A program made the translations under genes and the position numbers. A DNA stretch of 64,000 bases from Tubiluchus corallicola. Taxonomy: Eukaryota; Animalia; Priapulida. Of the stretch, positions 38,400-52,600 are shown piece after piece (within the stretch, counting starts at the first letter, position 1; every line of letters begins with the position of its first letter). The stretch spans positions 470,043 through 534,042 of the forward strand of contig JAQGDQ010000133.1 of NCBI GenBank assembly GCA_030141605.1. The letters are read 5' to 3'. The notes under the pieces are model-generated. The model did not search any database and was not told the DNA's origin. It saw only the letters and a list, made by a program, of their open reading frames with translations.

Positions 38400-40620
38400 T
38401 TGAAACTGTGGAAAATAAAACACTTTATTCGCTCAACTTTCAACAAGCACTGAATACCAAAACGTCTGACAATTTCGCAAAGTAAGACTCTGCGCCAGCT
38501 GTAAACTTTTGTTTCATAGTCATTTTTTCGTGGAACCTTTTTGTTGCTTTTCTGTGCGATGGTAGTTTTCTTGGAAGAAAAGCAAGGCCCATGTTGACAT
38601 TGTGATCAGTCAATGCTAGCCAAATTCTCATGTTTTCTGGGTAAAAAATGAAGTCTCTTTGGTACATACTTTAGTAAAACGTCATGAAGTATTTCAAGTA
38701 CAGACAAATGAATATAAGAAGCAAAATAAAAAAATTCTAATCGCTTTAGTAAACTGAGTGTCTGTCAGTACTCAGTATCCTTGAAAGCTTTTCATAACAC
38801 TCGCTGTTTGCACATGAAAGCAGATTTTCTCTTTTTGTCCTATCACTTCCTATTATTTTGTATTTTGTGATCGTATAGTATTCAAGTGATTTGTTATCTA
38901 TATCGATTGTATAATAATTTAATCGATTCGCTTCCTATTTAATTAATTGCTACAAGGTGATTTATCACCCGGCTCCTAGGGCTTTAGATGAGTCTATTGG
39001 GCGATAATCTTGTCCCTCAAGACTGACATTTCGACCTCGCGTTGTGAGTAAGGTCTTTGACCCTAAAGCTATCTAGCCTAGCTCCTGCAATTGAGCTTTA
39101 TCTAATTAATTAATGCTATGCGAATCTACAGGCTCGTACGTCGGATTTAGTGTTGCTTAACTTCAAACACTTTAAAGCATACATGAACTCATAAGTTACG
39201 TCAAAGTGAATCAGCTTTATTTGTTTACAAATTTACTTCTATCTAGGTAGCTGCACAAGATTTGCCCTTACACGCTTGTAGGCGTTCACAACTAATGTAT
39301 AGCTCCAAAAAGATACTCAAGCAATTCACTTAACAATTATTCAGTATGCTGCACTTAAGGTGCTTAATACAATGTGAACTACAGTTATGAAGAGTTAGTC
39401 TCAGTTACAAATGCGTTAAGATTACTTACCTCGGTGGAATGACCACAATGCAACTCTCGTACACTTGGTCAACTCTAATGATATTGTGAGACTATTCGTC
39501 GATCCAGTGCCCAGACGATCTGCTGAGGACGTAGAACTGTTCCACGCTGGTGTCAAACGATGTCTCCACTCCCCGTCAGATTCCCCGTGTCGCCTCTCTC
39601 CGGCTCCTGACTCTCTCGATGTCCGCACACTGACTCCCGCCCGACTAACTAACCCCGAGCTTATATCTCAAGATCTTGGCCTTGCGTAATTCGCGCCCAA
39701 GCGCAATCAGGTGAAAGGTGACATCCCTGGCTTAACCCTGGTATCCCCTGCCAAGAAGTTTACAATCAACCAGGTGGCTTAAGAATTCTTCCGCTGGTGG
39801 GAAAGGTCCTACACGCCAGGTCTGTCTTCAGAATTTCTTCCCCTTGATGTCTTAGCACCAGCTTGGCGTCGGCCATAAAACCTCTCTTCCAAAGAAATTT
39901 GCCTATTGCATCTTCTTGTTAATTAAGTGCAACTCTGCATAAGGTTATAAAGAACGATTACATGCTTTTGCATAAGGCTATAAAGCGCGAGTACCTACGC
40001 TACATAAGGCTATAAAGCAAGATTGCGTCCTCACTTAATAGACGCCTGTTTACCTTCAGTAAACGAAAAAAACCCACACCTGTGGAATAATTTGCATCCC
40101 ATTAAATCCCGTGCCTTGCCAGCTGGGTGAGTTCTTATTATCAGTCAATAAATTTATCTTATCAAATCCGATTCATAAATTTATTCACGACAGTCCTTCG
40201 ATGTCAACTCTTTATAATCATAATGTTGTTCAGTCGAAGTTTCATCATACCAGACATGCTTATTAATATAGTTTTGGAGAACAGTTAAGCGTTTCACTAA
40301 ATCATCGGCATCACCATTTTATGTCGATGAACCCCACCAAAAGTGAGCGCAAATATTTTTGCCATTGCTGAAGCACACGTTCATCTCTTCTTAGAAAAAT
40401 TCTGTGCAATTTTTTTAAAAAAATTTGCCGACATGTCCGACATGTCAGACATCAAAACGTGCTCCATCTTATTGTATTTCTCAGACTTCATAAGTTTCGT
40501 TATGCTTGGATGCTGGTCACTAGCAAAATATAGCAGCAGTAAACGTTATTCTTTCAAATCCTTGAACTGGCTCCTAGTGGCAACTTTCTAGTGCAGTAAT
40601 TATAGGTACTCTAACTCTTT
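38400..40620 (-). mobile_element. Degenerate Kolobok-like DDE transposase, split by an insertion
   Basis: 40600-40150: ASDQHPSITKLMK...H.FDV*HV...ICAHFWWGSST*NGDADDLVKR...NKHVW. 38700-38580: LEILHDVLLKYVPKRLHF...LALTDHNVN. The order matches TDRH/FDVWH/KYxPKR/DHNxN motifs as I recall them for Kolobok-type transposases; superfamily assignment needs a search. Confidence 0.6.
38900..40090 (-). mobile_element. LTR-like insertion inside the transposase remnant
   Basis: GC-richer block; three ~31-bp repeats CATAAGG(T/C)TATAAAG (39939-40020); minus-strand GATATAAG near 39660-39667, donor GAG|GTAAGT at 39429, AATAAA at 39216-39221; ends undefined. Confidence 0.4.
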
Positions 40621-41860
40621 CTAGCTAAAATTTCATGAATACTACTTTTCAACATTAGTGAACTACAGTTTTACTGCAGTTTTCAAGTATTTTTGAAATA
40701 ATAATAATAACTATATCTCGCAACCTGACAGCGAGGCATTTTTTACAGAAGCGTCATTTGACAAGCAGAAAACAGCGCTTGGTGTCAATTTTATGCACGC
40801 TGTAATGATGAAATAGCCCAACGCGCTGTACAATTGGCATCATGCTAAAACTTTCGCACGCTGTACCTCCTCACTAATTTTTTTTTCGACTCTCGCATAT
40901 AGGGGGTTCAAGTAGATGAGGACAAAACGGTGATTTAAAAACGCCTTCAGTCCTGCTTTTACATTGCTCGGGGTTGTTGGGGCCAGAAAATCAACATAGC
41001 AATAAAAATGTTTTACTTCCAAAACAATTTTTCAATAGATAAAATATGAACATCTGCGACATGAACATTTTATTATGTGCAACTCCAATTAATGTCAAAC
41101 AATTGTAGTTCAGAAGGACACACCAAATATGCTCACACAGAAACAACAATGAGCACAATTAATAAAAAAATTATGATAAAAATATTACGTTTTATTATAG
41201 CGTACTGATGGGACGGCGGGTACAGACTATAATAATTTAAATTCTCATTACGATTGAAACAAAGATAAGGAAAATAGACTATAGAAAGACAATTTAAAAT
41301 GCCTTCAGTGTATTGCCCGTTATAGGCCTGCGCCTGGCAATCAGAAGCCGACGCGTAATGGAGCCTTCTCTATTTATGGTGATGAATCACTCCTGCTTAC
41401 ACGTCATCACTGACAAAACGAACGAAAAAATCCACTTAAGCAAATTCGAAATCAAGGACTGTAATTTATATAACTATATACACAGGTTAATAACAGTGCT
41501 GGTCTTCATCATTTTAAGTGTTACAATTACCTGCATACAAAAGCTGGTTGCTAATGTTTGTGTTCGCCTCTTGGTCTGCCCCTAAGAGTATTGACCTGCC
41601 CCGAGTTGAATGTTCTGCTGACTCCATGTGGGAATCATGCTTCTGTAGTGAATCCTACTGTGATGGGGTACGTGAGAAAGCTGCAGTGCAGTTGAAGTTG
41701 AATTAATATGGGTGAGTGACTTTAGCGTTGTTCTACAGCAAATTACTCATTGTATAATAATTATAAGTGGATCGGGTAACCATCTGTAAGCTAAATTGAC
41801 ATAAACAGTGTTATAGGTGACAAATTTGAATTCTAAGCTTGAAATTTTAGTTTTCAGTTG

Positions 41861-41862
<2 letters not shown>

Positions 41863-41942
<80 letters not shown>

Positions 41943-42520
41943 TAATAATAATATTTATTTTGTATAGCATATAAACCTATAAACAGCACGGATGACAATA
42001 TTCAAAGGTGCTTCCCAAAAATACCTTGACAGACTTAAAAAAGGTTTACAAGATTAAACACTAATCCTACAAAATTTCAAAAAATTACAATAAATAAATA
42101 CATAAAAACACACTGTTTCACAAAATACAAGCACATAACGATAAATCAAAATTTGATGACTTCAAATTTGTATGTTTTAGTCTGTATTTTAAAGGGGTTC
42201 GTCCTGATTTGGATAGGCAGGCTAGTCTTCCATACAGTTGGTTCTGCAACAGCAAATGACCTGTCACCCATAGTGGAACATCGCACTCTAGGAACCGTAA
42301 GCAAAAGGCTATAGTTTGATCTAAGATTATACTGGTTTGAATTTGTTGAACGAATCACATCACAAATGTAATCAGGTGCCTCGCCAAGAAGCGCCTTATA
42401 TATGTAGCAGTATCTTAAATTTAACACGTTGTTCAAACGATAGCCAATGCAAATGATGAAAAATGGATGTAATAATTATGCTGAAACTTGGATGTAAAGG
42501 TAGTAAGTCTAGCTGCCGAG
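41863..42520 (-). mobile_element. L2 LINE 3' end with (TTA)n tail
   Basis: YKALLGEAPDYI...YNLRS...VPRV...GDRSFAVA; 3' AAGCACCTTTGAA...GCTATACAAAATAAA followed by (TTA)n. Confidence 0.88.
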
Positions 42521-42555
42521 ATTGCAAATACCGAAGTCACTGGAATTTATATAAG

Positions 42556-43160
42556 TTAAGTTACAAGTGATAAGTGTATTTCCATATTCACAAATAGACA
42601 CATTATATAATATAATACATAATTTGCATTACATAAAAATGATAAAATTATTTAAAGTGGAATGAGTACTCTGAAGTCAATACAGACTTATATGTCCAAT
42701 ATTTCAATTGTCTATTAATTATAATTTAAAGGCAATAAAAGCTAATAAAAGTTGACATTCTAATTAAGAGTAAAAGTGTACTAAATATAAATAGTAATTT
42801 AAAAAATTCTTTGCATCATTAAAAAAAGTTATAATTGAACTATGCAGATACATCTACACATGTATGGGTAAAATCAGGAACACTACATCGAAATTAAATG
42901 TAATCGCATTCTTTTGTAAAAACACAATAGAGCATTTGCTTTTGTTAAATGATTGGGAAGATCTTTCCATAATACGATACCTTGATATTTAATAGAGCTT
43001 TTAATGACATTAGTTTTGAATTTTGGAATGCAAAATTTTTTATGTTGTCTGGTTGCATAATTATGTACGTCATTATTAACATAGATAGATTCGAATACCT
43101 CAGGTAGCAAATTATTAACGTACTTACATAAAAACATTTATACTTAGGAACACTTATTTA
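42556..43160 (-). mobile_element. CR1/L2-group LINE 3' fragment
   Basis: NNLLPEVF...VHNYATRQ...SIKYQGIVLWKDLP C-terminal ORF2 motif plus AT-rich 3' UTR. Confidence 0.8.
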
Positions 43161-45316
43161 TAAGCGATTACAATAGTCGATTCTGCTGGTTATCAATGAC
43201 CGGACTAATGTTTTTGTAGCAAATTTGTTGTACTACAAATTCAGATTTACATTGCCACAGACTTAGCTAAGCAAAACAGAGTTGCTGAAATACATTGAAA
43301 AATGCAGATAAAGCATTAGCTACTGTGGTTATTCATGAAATTCACTCATTTCTTATATTGTTTATACATTTTGGTCAGAGCTGGTAATGATTATCTTTGT
43401 ACAACTCGGCAATTACATGTAACTCGTACTTTTTACACAAACAACTGGGCGCATATAACGTAGAAGCTTATAATAAAATTGGAACCGATAATTATCACCG
43501 TTAGTAATAATCCGGTTCAGTTTAGCAAAAGAAACTGCATTTACCCATCCAACACAGACACATGGTTGCTGAACATTAGTCACTAAAATACACCGTGACT
43601 ACTCAGTTATTTATCTTTTACTGCTGCAACTTGCAAGCAGACCTATGTAATGCTTGGACACAAACTGAACTAGTAAGCAACTACTCTTTTATTTAAATAA
43701 AGAGATTGTTTTTACATTTCCAATGACAACCTTTACTATGATCTATAACTTTTAATTTATGCTAGAATATTTCAAACGTCAGCACATCCTCTTGTGATTG
43801 ATGCTTCCTGTGTATGGTGTCGCTCTTATGCATGTTTATTAAGATTTCTGAGTAAACCATTGTGGCTGAGTAAACAACTTCAAGCAAACTTTAATGTATT
43901 AGCAGTGTCAGTGTGTGATGTACAAATATCGTTAAGTTGCTTATATCCTACATATTTCTGCTGAGCATTAACTAAAGTTGACTTGTAAAGCTTGCATTGT
44001 TCATCAAGTGTTGAAGCATTGCTTACATTGAAAAACGAATTGTTCTCCTTTATTATCGTGAGTATTAAGAATTATTGAATAGGCAAGTATTGAATTACTG
44101 TTAGTTTATGGCGATGTATTGATGTAGACGACATACTTATCAATGAGTATGCCTGCTTTGCCGTTACATTATTAAATAAAAAAATCTTGAACGAACAGGA
44201 TTTCTTGCTCACGTCATTTGTTATTATGTGCTGAACTACGTTGCGATAGGACGAAGCTCAATACTGTTTGTACTAGTGACTGTAGCGCTTCGAATTCCAA
44301 TGAATTTCTACGTCAAGTAGGCCCAGTTGTGTGTGTGTGTAAAAAGTATAAGCTCATGGCTAGTTCTAGGCAGTTTGACGCCATAGGTAAATGTATTTTT
44401 AGCACCCCTCCTCAACGATTAACCCTTCTCCACAGTTCTAATCACAATAGCAAAACAATTTTTTTGTATAATACTATAATAAAGTATAAGTTAAATAATG
44501 GTATCTGTGTGTTAGGCTTATAGGTTCATTATGGCGTACTAATTAATTATCTATCTACAGCTTGTATTGATTGAAATTGAAATTGAATTCATGACCCAAA
44601 TTTTTTGCAGTTTCTCTTAGCTAGATTTTCCCTCACAATCGTCCTCATCACTGATCAGCCTTGTCATCAGAGAATTTTGGAAACCCAAATCTTCTTTTAC
44701 ACATTTTACGAATTTCATCGTCTTCGCAACTACAAATCTGGTTGCATATTTCATTAGCAATTCTTTTTGTTGTTCAATGTATGGCAGCTTTTTTATCTTT
44801 CATTTTCTCTATTCCGTTCCTTGAAGATTCTAATTCTTTTATTGGTTTATCTGCCATAATTAGACAAATGCTGTTGTAAGATTTTTTTATTAACGGAAAG
44901 ATTCTTACTAAAAGCATTTACATATATATGCATATATATGCTCTATACATATAATAGAAGATGTAGACAAAAGCTGCACGTGGTCTGAGTGAAATGATGT
45001 AATCTTCGGAAACCAGATAAAGCAAAAGCAGAGTGATTTGCTGCGAGAAGACACTTCTGTGTTTTAATCAGACAAGTAGTTCGTTTCATTTAATTTAAGT
45101 GTTGGGCATGTCGCAGTGCATGTCATACATTATGTTATTCTTATGCTAGCATTAAAAATTGTAGAACTGCTTTCAGGATTTGGTGCCCCCATAATTTGGC
45201 ACCCTGTGTAGCTCCCGAGTTTGCTTAGTCGTAGAGCCGTCCTATATGAGCCACATGTATTTGCCAAGTTGTACAAAGATAATAATTATGAGCTTTATAA
45301 GAAATCTATAATATTA

Positions 45317-45499
<183 letters not shown>

Positions 45500-46652
45500 A
45501 CACTAACGTTTCCATGCAGTACAACGGATCGGCCGAAGCCAAGATGTTAACAAGGAAGCCCAGATCGTTTAAAGGACAAGAAAAGGGGTACCTGAAGTAG
45601 GTTTCAAAAATCGTCTTAATAAATTATACTACTTTATAGCAATTTTATACGTACATCGTATTCATGTTGAAAGGATTTTTTGTTTGTTTTCATTTTAAAT
45701 TTCCCATGACACTGTACCGACTGCGCGTCATGTGACGTCATGACGTTACATGACGTCATATATGCACAGCGTAAATCAAGGGAAGAAAAGGAAATGTTAA
45801 ACTATGTCTCAAAAAAACTTTCCATGCAAAGTTATTTTACTTAGCATTTTGCTTACCTGTTCGAAAGTTTTATGTAACTAGAAAAGAAAATTATTAATTA
45901 TTTAAAATGCTTTCACTAATTGGTAAAATGTCGCTGACTCACCCCCCAGGGTGCACCACTCACTAACCAGAAAAATGTATTTTTAATCTTATTGACGAGA
46001 TACAGTCATTTAAAATTTCACTTAGTGATGCGTGCGCTACTAATGCTTTGATTGTTTTTTCAAACTTTACTCAGTGTTATCTAAACTTGTTTCAAATGAC
46101 TTATCGTCAAAATGGCTGCGTCTAACGGCCATCGCGGGAGTTTAAATTTACATGTTTTATACAGTGCTACTGTCGACGCACGTCCTGTATGCAAGAAGGT
46201 AGTATATAAGTGGTATAAAATTTCAAGACGATTTTTAAGCTTTATGCAAGTGGAGGGTTTTCTTCTTTTATTTGAATCGGTTAGGTTTATATGGAACCAC
46301 CATGTCCGCGGGACTGATGAGAATAGACCTAATAACAAAACACCCCAAATATGAATCACCAACGTTACTGCACACGCAAGACCAACAGCAAAAGAATGTG
46401 CGAGCAGTAATACATATTTTTCAGAAACGAGTTAATTAAACAAACACGTCTGTAGGCTACAGTAAGGAAACATTTAGGCTTATCCGCCTATGGTATACAA
46501 CTGTACCTACATCCGCGTTTCATTAACGTCGTAGGCCTATGTACAGGTTGCATCTACTTTTTACTTTATGTAAACAATGTTTAGCTGATTAATTTCTTCT
46601 CACAATTTCAGGAAACATAATACATGACTAAAGTGGATTAAGCAACAAAGGC

Positions 46653-49600
46653 ATGGATGCACAAGGTAAAACAATTATTTAAATTTTATTTTGGTATACA
46701 CTTTGCAGTAAGAAAACGAAATAGCCTGGGCAAAATAAATGGGATTTCAGCAAAAGTTTTTGGGCTATTCTGAGATGGGATAGTTTTTTGGGTAGTATCA
46801 CCATGTAAAAATTTGCACTAACATGACTTTCTTGGGTGGTCTCATAAATGTATGCCCGTTCCACCCACAAGACATGTCTGAAACTTAGTACTGCCACCCA
46901 AGCAGTAAGCACTATGGTCCCCACTATCAGTGATATAGTTAAAAACTTGTTAACAGACAGAGCGAACGAAACTCATTTTCCTGGCCTTCCATGTTTTAAG
47001 CTTGCGCTCCCGGACTAAAATAATGATAAGCTATTTATCACAACGAAAAGACTTATTAACATAAAAAGAGCAATACAAATGTTATCAAATAGCAACGTTT
47101 TTCTAGTATCTGGTTTAAGGACTATTTCTTTACACCGACACAAAAAACAGGACATTTAAAACTTCAGTGCATAACTGCTGTTTGGTTATTGTTATTAAAT
47201 TTCTAACCGCTTCCCATCTTTTTGCACAGGAGGCAAAAAGTACGGTCAAGTAATAAAACAACAGGAAGAGGAACTTTTAAAGATTAACAAGGTTGGTAGA
47301 TTGCAGTAGAGAACACTTTATAATTAACAGATGTTGTTTATCACATAAAATGGACCTTAAGTAAAAGCAACCCCTTTTATTATATATATTGTTTAGTAAT
47401 GGTCTAAAAATGATAAATTAAAACTGTGAGTGAACAATTTGAGCATGGACAGGTCATTTGGGCCCCGGACACTTGTGCGCCGTTGGGATTTTATTTTGGA
47501 ATCAATAACTATTCGCTGAAAGAATAATCATAATTAAAACGATATATAATCGAAATTAAAAAGATTTTGAGAGAGAACACTCTCAGCTTCTCCCACGCAT
47601 TTAATGGGCTTATGAAAACGTCTCTGACAACTCCAGTTATGAAAAATATGTGAATTAATAATATAAAATGAATGATAATGTGAACTATAATATGAACTCT
47701 GCATCTCATTAGAAGAAGTTTGACCCATATTGACTTGTACTTCCCAGACAGCTGTGATTCTGTGAATAAGCTGAAGATAATTCGAAACTCATTAACGACG
47801 TCCGCGAGCAGTTGATGGAGTATGGTCAAACGAAAGTGCGTTGCGCTATTGTTCTTAATTGATGTAATTATCGTCAGAGTTCTGTCATGTGAACTGCGTA
47901 CCTGAAAGCTGGCTGACCTAGGAGCGGTTAACTAGGGCCGATAGTTAGGCCACTGGTTTTAAGACAGCGACACCCCAGGATTCTGTCTTAGTGACATAAG
48001 AGGGTAACGAAGCGCTCAGAAGTCGAGATGCGACGCTCAGATGGTCAAGATAACGAAGCGCTCAGAAGTCTAGATGTTCAGATAGCCAGCCTTCAGGTGT
48101 ATCATGTTACATAACCGAGAGGTTTCATAAGGGGGGGGACGATAGAACGATATCCACGTTGAATGGTGAATTTTCGATCCTATCTTTCACAGAAACCTGG
48201 CTTAATGATCAAAATAAAGATCTATTCTCAATTAAACATTATAATCACTACTCAAAAACCCGCAAACAGAGAACAGGTGGAGGGGTTTCCCTGAATATAA
48301 AGGACGATTTAAACAGTAAACCTCGTAATGACTTAGACTGTTTCGATGAACAAACCTGTCAATCACTGATTGTTGAAATTACCCAATAACTTACAAAAAA
48401 TATTTTAGTGGGAGTGTTATGCAGACCTCCGGGTACCAGTATCCCAGTATTTCTTGATGGTTTAGATAACCTTCTCTCTAAAATAATTGATGAAAACAAG
48501 CACATCTTTATCTGCGGCGATTTCAACTTAAACTTGCTTAACTGTGATTCGCACGAAGGAACTGAATCTTTTCTCAATTGCCCACTTAGTCATTCATTGT
48601 ATCCCTTAATCACTAAACCAACAAGAATTACTACTTACTCAGCAACTTTAATCGATAATATATTTACAAACTGTGTGTCATATGACAATCTAAACTCGGG
48701 CATTCTCTACAGTTATATATCTGACCATTTTCCCATTTATTCAGTAACTAGTTTAAAAGTGGCACTTCACTCTAAACCAACAGTTTCAAAATTTAGAATC
48801 TTTAATGATAGCACCATCGCAGACTTCAAGTCCAAACGAGTATCCCATGACTGGTCCCAAATTTTTTGCATACAAAATCCTGACTCGGCATTTCAATCCT
48901 TCTTTAAAGATTACTACAATATTTACAATGATTGCTTTCCACTAGTCACAAAAATAGTAAAGCCACGGACGTTAAATAAACCTTGGCTAACAAGCGGCTT
49001 GATACACTCAATTAAACACAAAAATAAATTGTATAAGCTAAAATTAAAAAACCCTACTGATCTGAACATTGACCATTATAAAACTTATAGAAATAACCTA
49101 ACGTCAATACTTAGAAAAGCCGAAAAAGATTATTATGCCAATACAATTAAAAGTAATATGAATAACATGAGAAAAACGTGGAAAATTATAAATTTAGCTA
49201 TTAATAAAAAAGACACTTCTCATATAGAACAGTCACATTTCAAAAAATCACACCATAACCCAATGACATCAAAAGAAATATCGGATGGCTTTAATAACTA
49301 TTTTGTAAATGTAGGATCAACTCTAGCAGAAAAAATTCCCACTACAAATACATCATATTTTTCATACTTACCAAATCCATGTAGGAATTCAATGCAGTTG
49401 CTTCCAATTGACAAAATGGAGCTATTAAATGTGGCAAAAAATAAAAACAGTACAGGGTATGATGATATATCACAAATTATCCTTAAAAAATCCATCAACT
49501 GTATTGCTGAACCTCTACTTTATATGTTTAACAAGTCATTTTCAACAGGTATAGTCCCAGACTCTCTGAAAATAGCTAAGGTTAATCCAATTTTTAAAAC

Positions 49601-52600
49601 TGGTGATAAGTCCCAGTTTTAAAATTATAGACCCATTTCAATTCTTCCCTGTTTTTCCAAAATTCTTGAAAGACTAATGTATAATAGACTACTAAGTTTC
49701 GTAAAAAAACAATATATTATATAACAAACAACTAGGCTTTAGACAAAACCACTCCACTTACATGGCTCTACTTGAACTTCTTGATTTAATATCAAATGAA
49801 ATTGACAATAATGAATTTACAATAGGTATTTTTATTGATTTATCTAAGGCCTTTGATACTATTGACCATCAAATACTCTTAGATAAATTAAACAACTATG
49901 GTGTCAGAGGTCTACCTTTACAATGGTTTACAAGTTATTTACACAACAGAAAACAATCCGTACTAATTGAAAACACATTTTCTTCTTTGAAGCAAATCAA
50001 TTATGGTGTCCCCCAAGGCTCAATCTTAGGTCCATTGCCTTTTCTTCCCTATATTAATGATCTCCACAATGTCTCCACTCTGCTAGACTTCATTTTATTT
50101 GCCGATGATACTAACATATTCTATAATCACTGTAAACCAAGAACTTGTACACCTCTCCACCTGGTTTAAAGCTAATAAGTTATCACTGAATATTGAAAAA
50201 ACCAAATTTATTGTATTCACAAATAAAAATAAAAGAATCCCTAGTTATCTTACAGTAAAAATCGTTGAAGTTCCAATAAATAAAGTAAAATATACTAAGT
50301 TCTTAGGTATCATCATTGATGAACACCTAACTTGGCAAGAACATCTTAGATTTATCGAAAGCAAAATCTCAAAAATCATAGGCATTATATATAGAGTTAG
50401 ACACATATTGCCTAACTCAGTACTTGTAATATTATATAATTCTCTTTTTTTACCATATCTAAATATAGGCACACGTTATAGGCTGCACCCAAGGCATCAC
50501 TACATACAGTGCAACACTAATGTTAGAAAATTTTCTATTAAATACAATGGCCCTTACATATGGAATTCAATTGCTCCAGCTATTAAAAATGTCAACTCGC
50601 TTTCCATATTTAAAAAAAATATATAAATTAAACTTACTCAAAACATATAACTGATGACTCAATCATGATTTGTTGTTTTCTTTTTCAAAAACTGTATAGT
50701 AAAATCAAATTTTTAATACTTCCCACACGTATTTATATTTGTATATATTGTAATGTTGTATCTATGTTGTATATGTAATGTTGTATATTGTAATGTTGTA
50801 TATTGTAATGTTGTATATATTGCAATTTTTTTCGTAATTCTAGTGGCCTACCATAAGCTAGCTTCCTAGGTCTCTAGCGCAGTATACATGAATTTTATCA
50901 TATTTTTGTATTAACAAAACCTGATGCACATGTAATGTAATCTTATGTAATGTGATGTATATGTATATTGCGTAATAAATCTATTAAAATCTAAATCTAA
51001 AATCTAGAGAAACAGGGTCAACCAAGTCTAAACTCTCGTAGTCGGGGATTAATTAATTGCACAGTTAGCAGCCACTACTACCATTGTATAAAAGACCCAT
51101 TTGGGCGCCAGAATCGACGCATTTGTTCAAGAAAATAATTTCTGTGTTGCGTTACAAAACGCGATGTCTATAGTTGGCTAAAGTACCTATATATTGTTGG
51201 CCTATTAGGTGGGTCTTCTTTGATTACTTAGTTACAAATTAATTTTTGAAATTTACCTAAAGTTTCTGTAAAGTAATTGAATAATTATTTTTGTGAATAC
51301 GATCATGTAATTGATATAAGAAACAACTAAAACACCCACCATGCGTAAAACTCTGCTGCTGAACGCAAAATAAAATCATTTCACAAGAGATACTGCGAAG
51401 AAACTTAAAAAGTGATAATTATATATTAAACGTTTTTTCTTATTAATTGATCTACTTTCCTTTGAATAGGCAGCTGGTATACAACTTAACTTAAAGCATA
51501 CCAAACGCTCAGTGAGTTACACGTTAACGTTAGGTTATCGTCGGCTCGCTTGGAATAAGCATTGCTAATAATGAACAACTAAATCTCACTGTTTAATGTT
51601 TAATACTGACGTGTTTAATGCTGAAGGTAGAGAAAGTGCGGAAAGACAATTAACTGCTTTTAATTATGTTATTAAACATTATGGCGGTTAGGAACATAGT
51701 GAATTATTAAAAAATTAATAAATAAAAATAAAAGAATATTAAGTGCAACATCAAATTTTGCTGGTGCCCAAATGTCCCCATGTCAAAATGGCCGTGCCCA
51801 AATGGCCATGCCCAAATGTCACGTACTCAATTAGAAGGTGATTATTTTCATATAATAGTTGAACTTATGAAAAAACAGAAATTTTATGCAATTAAACTGT
51901 ATACCTGTATGTGCACGTTTTTTGAATAAGATGGAAACAACTACACCTTGGCCTGGAGAAAGTCTGACAGAGTATATGTGATAATGAAAAAGGCCAGAAA
52001 TACATTGTAATACTTTGGTGTTTTTTCTTTGCACTAGGCATTGGGCTTGACAGTTGTCAGGTGTCGAATCAAAGATCATCAAGTTATAAACTGGTTATTT
52101 TGGTTTTTTAATAACTGTATAAAATGGTTTGTTAGTGTTCCAAAAGCAAATTAATGCATTTTCATTACTTTACAGCAATTTCTGAACGACGAGGATTATG
52201 ACGACATAGAGAATTTGGATGAACAATTGCAAGCATTTGCAAGTAAGAAGTTCAAGCAAATACACTCTGTCATTATTATTTCACAATACGCAAGCAACAG
52301 CCAACATGAATAGTCAAGTAACTCATAATCATTTTGATTTCAGAAAAATTTTTAGAGATTGACACTAATCATGATGGTGAGTTAGATGTAATGGAGCTGA
52401 AATACATGCTGGAAAAATTGGATCAACCAAAAACACACATGGAAGTAAAGAAAATGATCGCACAAGTTGACTCACGTGGTGTAGGCACATTAAACTATAA
52501 TGATTTTGTGCTTATGATGATTGGAAAGAAAAACAGTGTATTGAAAAGGTTTGTTTACATTTTGCTATTACAGCTGTTGCTATAAGAGCATTTTACAATG

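Noticed and set aside
39016-39064. Second hammerhead-like motif on the minus strand (stem plus GAAATGTC)
   Set aside because: The CUGAnGA box is absent.
41486-41585. Phase-compatible hydrophobic terminal exon for the aminopeptidase
   Set aside because: Poor polypyrimidine tract, 29 kb away, no homology to M1 C-termini; expected by chance.
44620-44860. Minus-strand CKRRFGFPK resembling a Helitron Rep motif
   Set aside because: Short, interrupted by stops, no other Rep or helicase motifs nearby.
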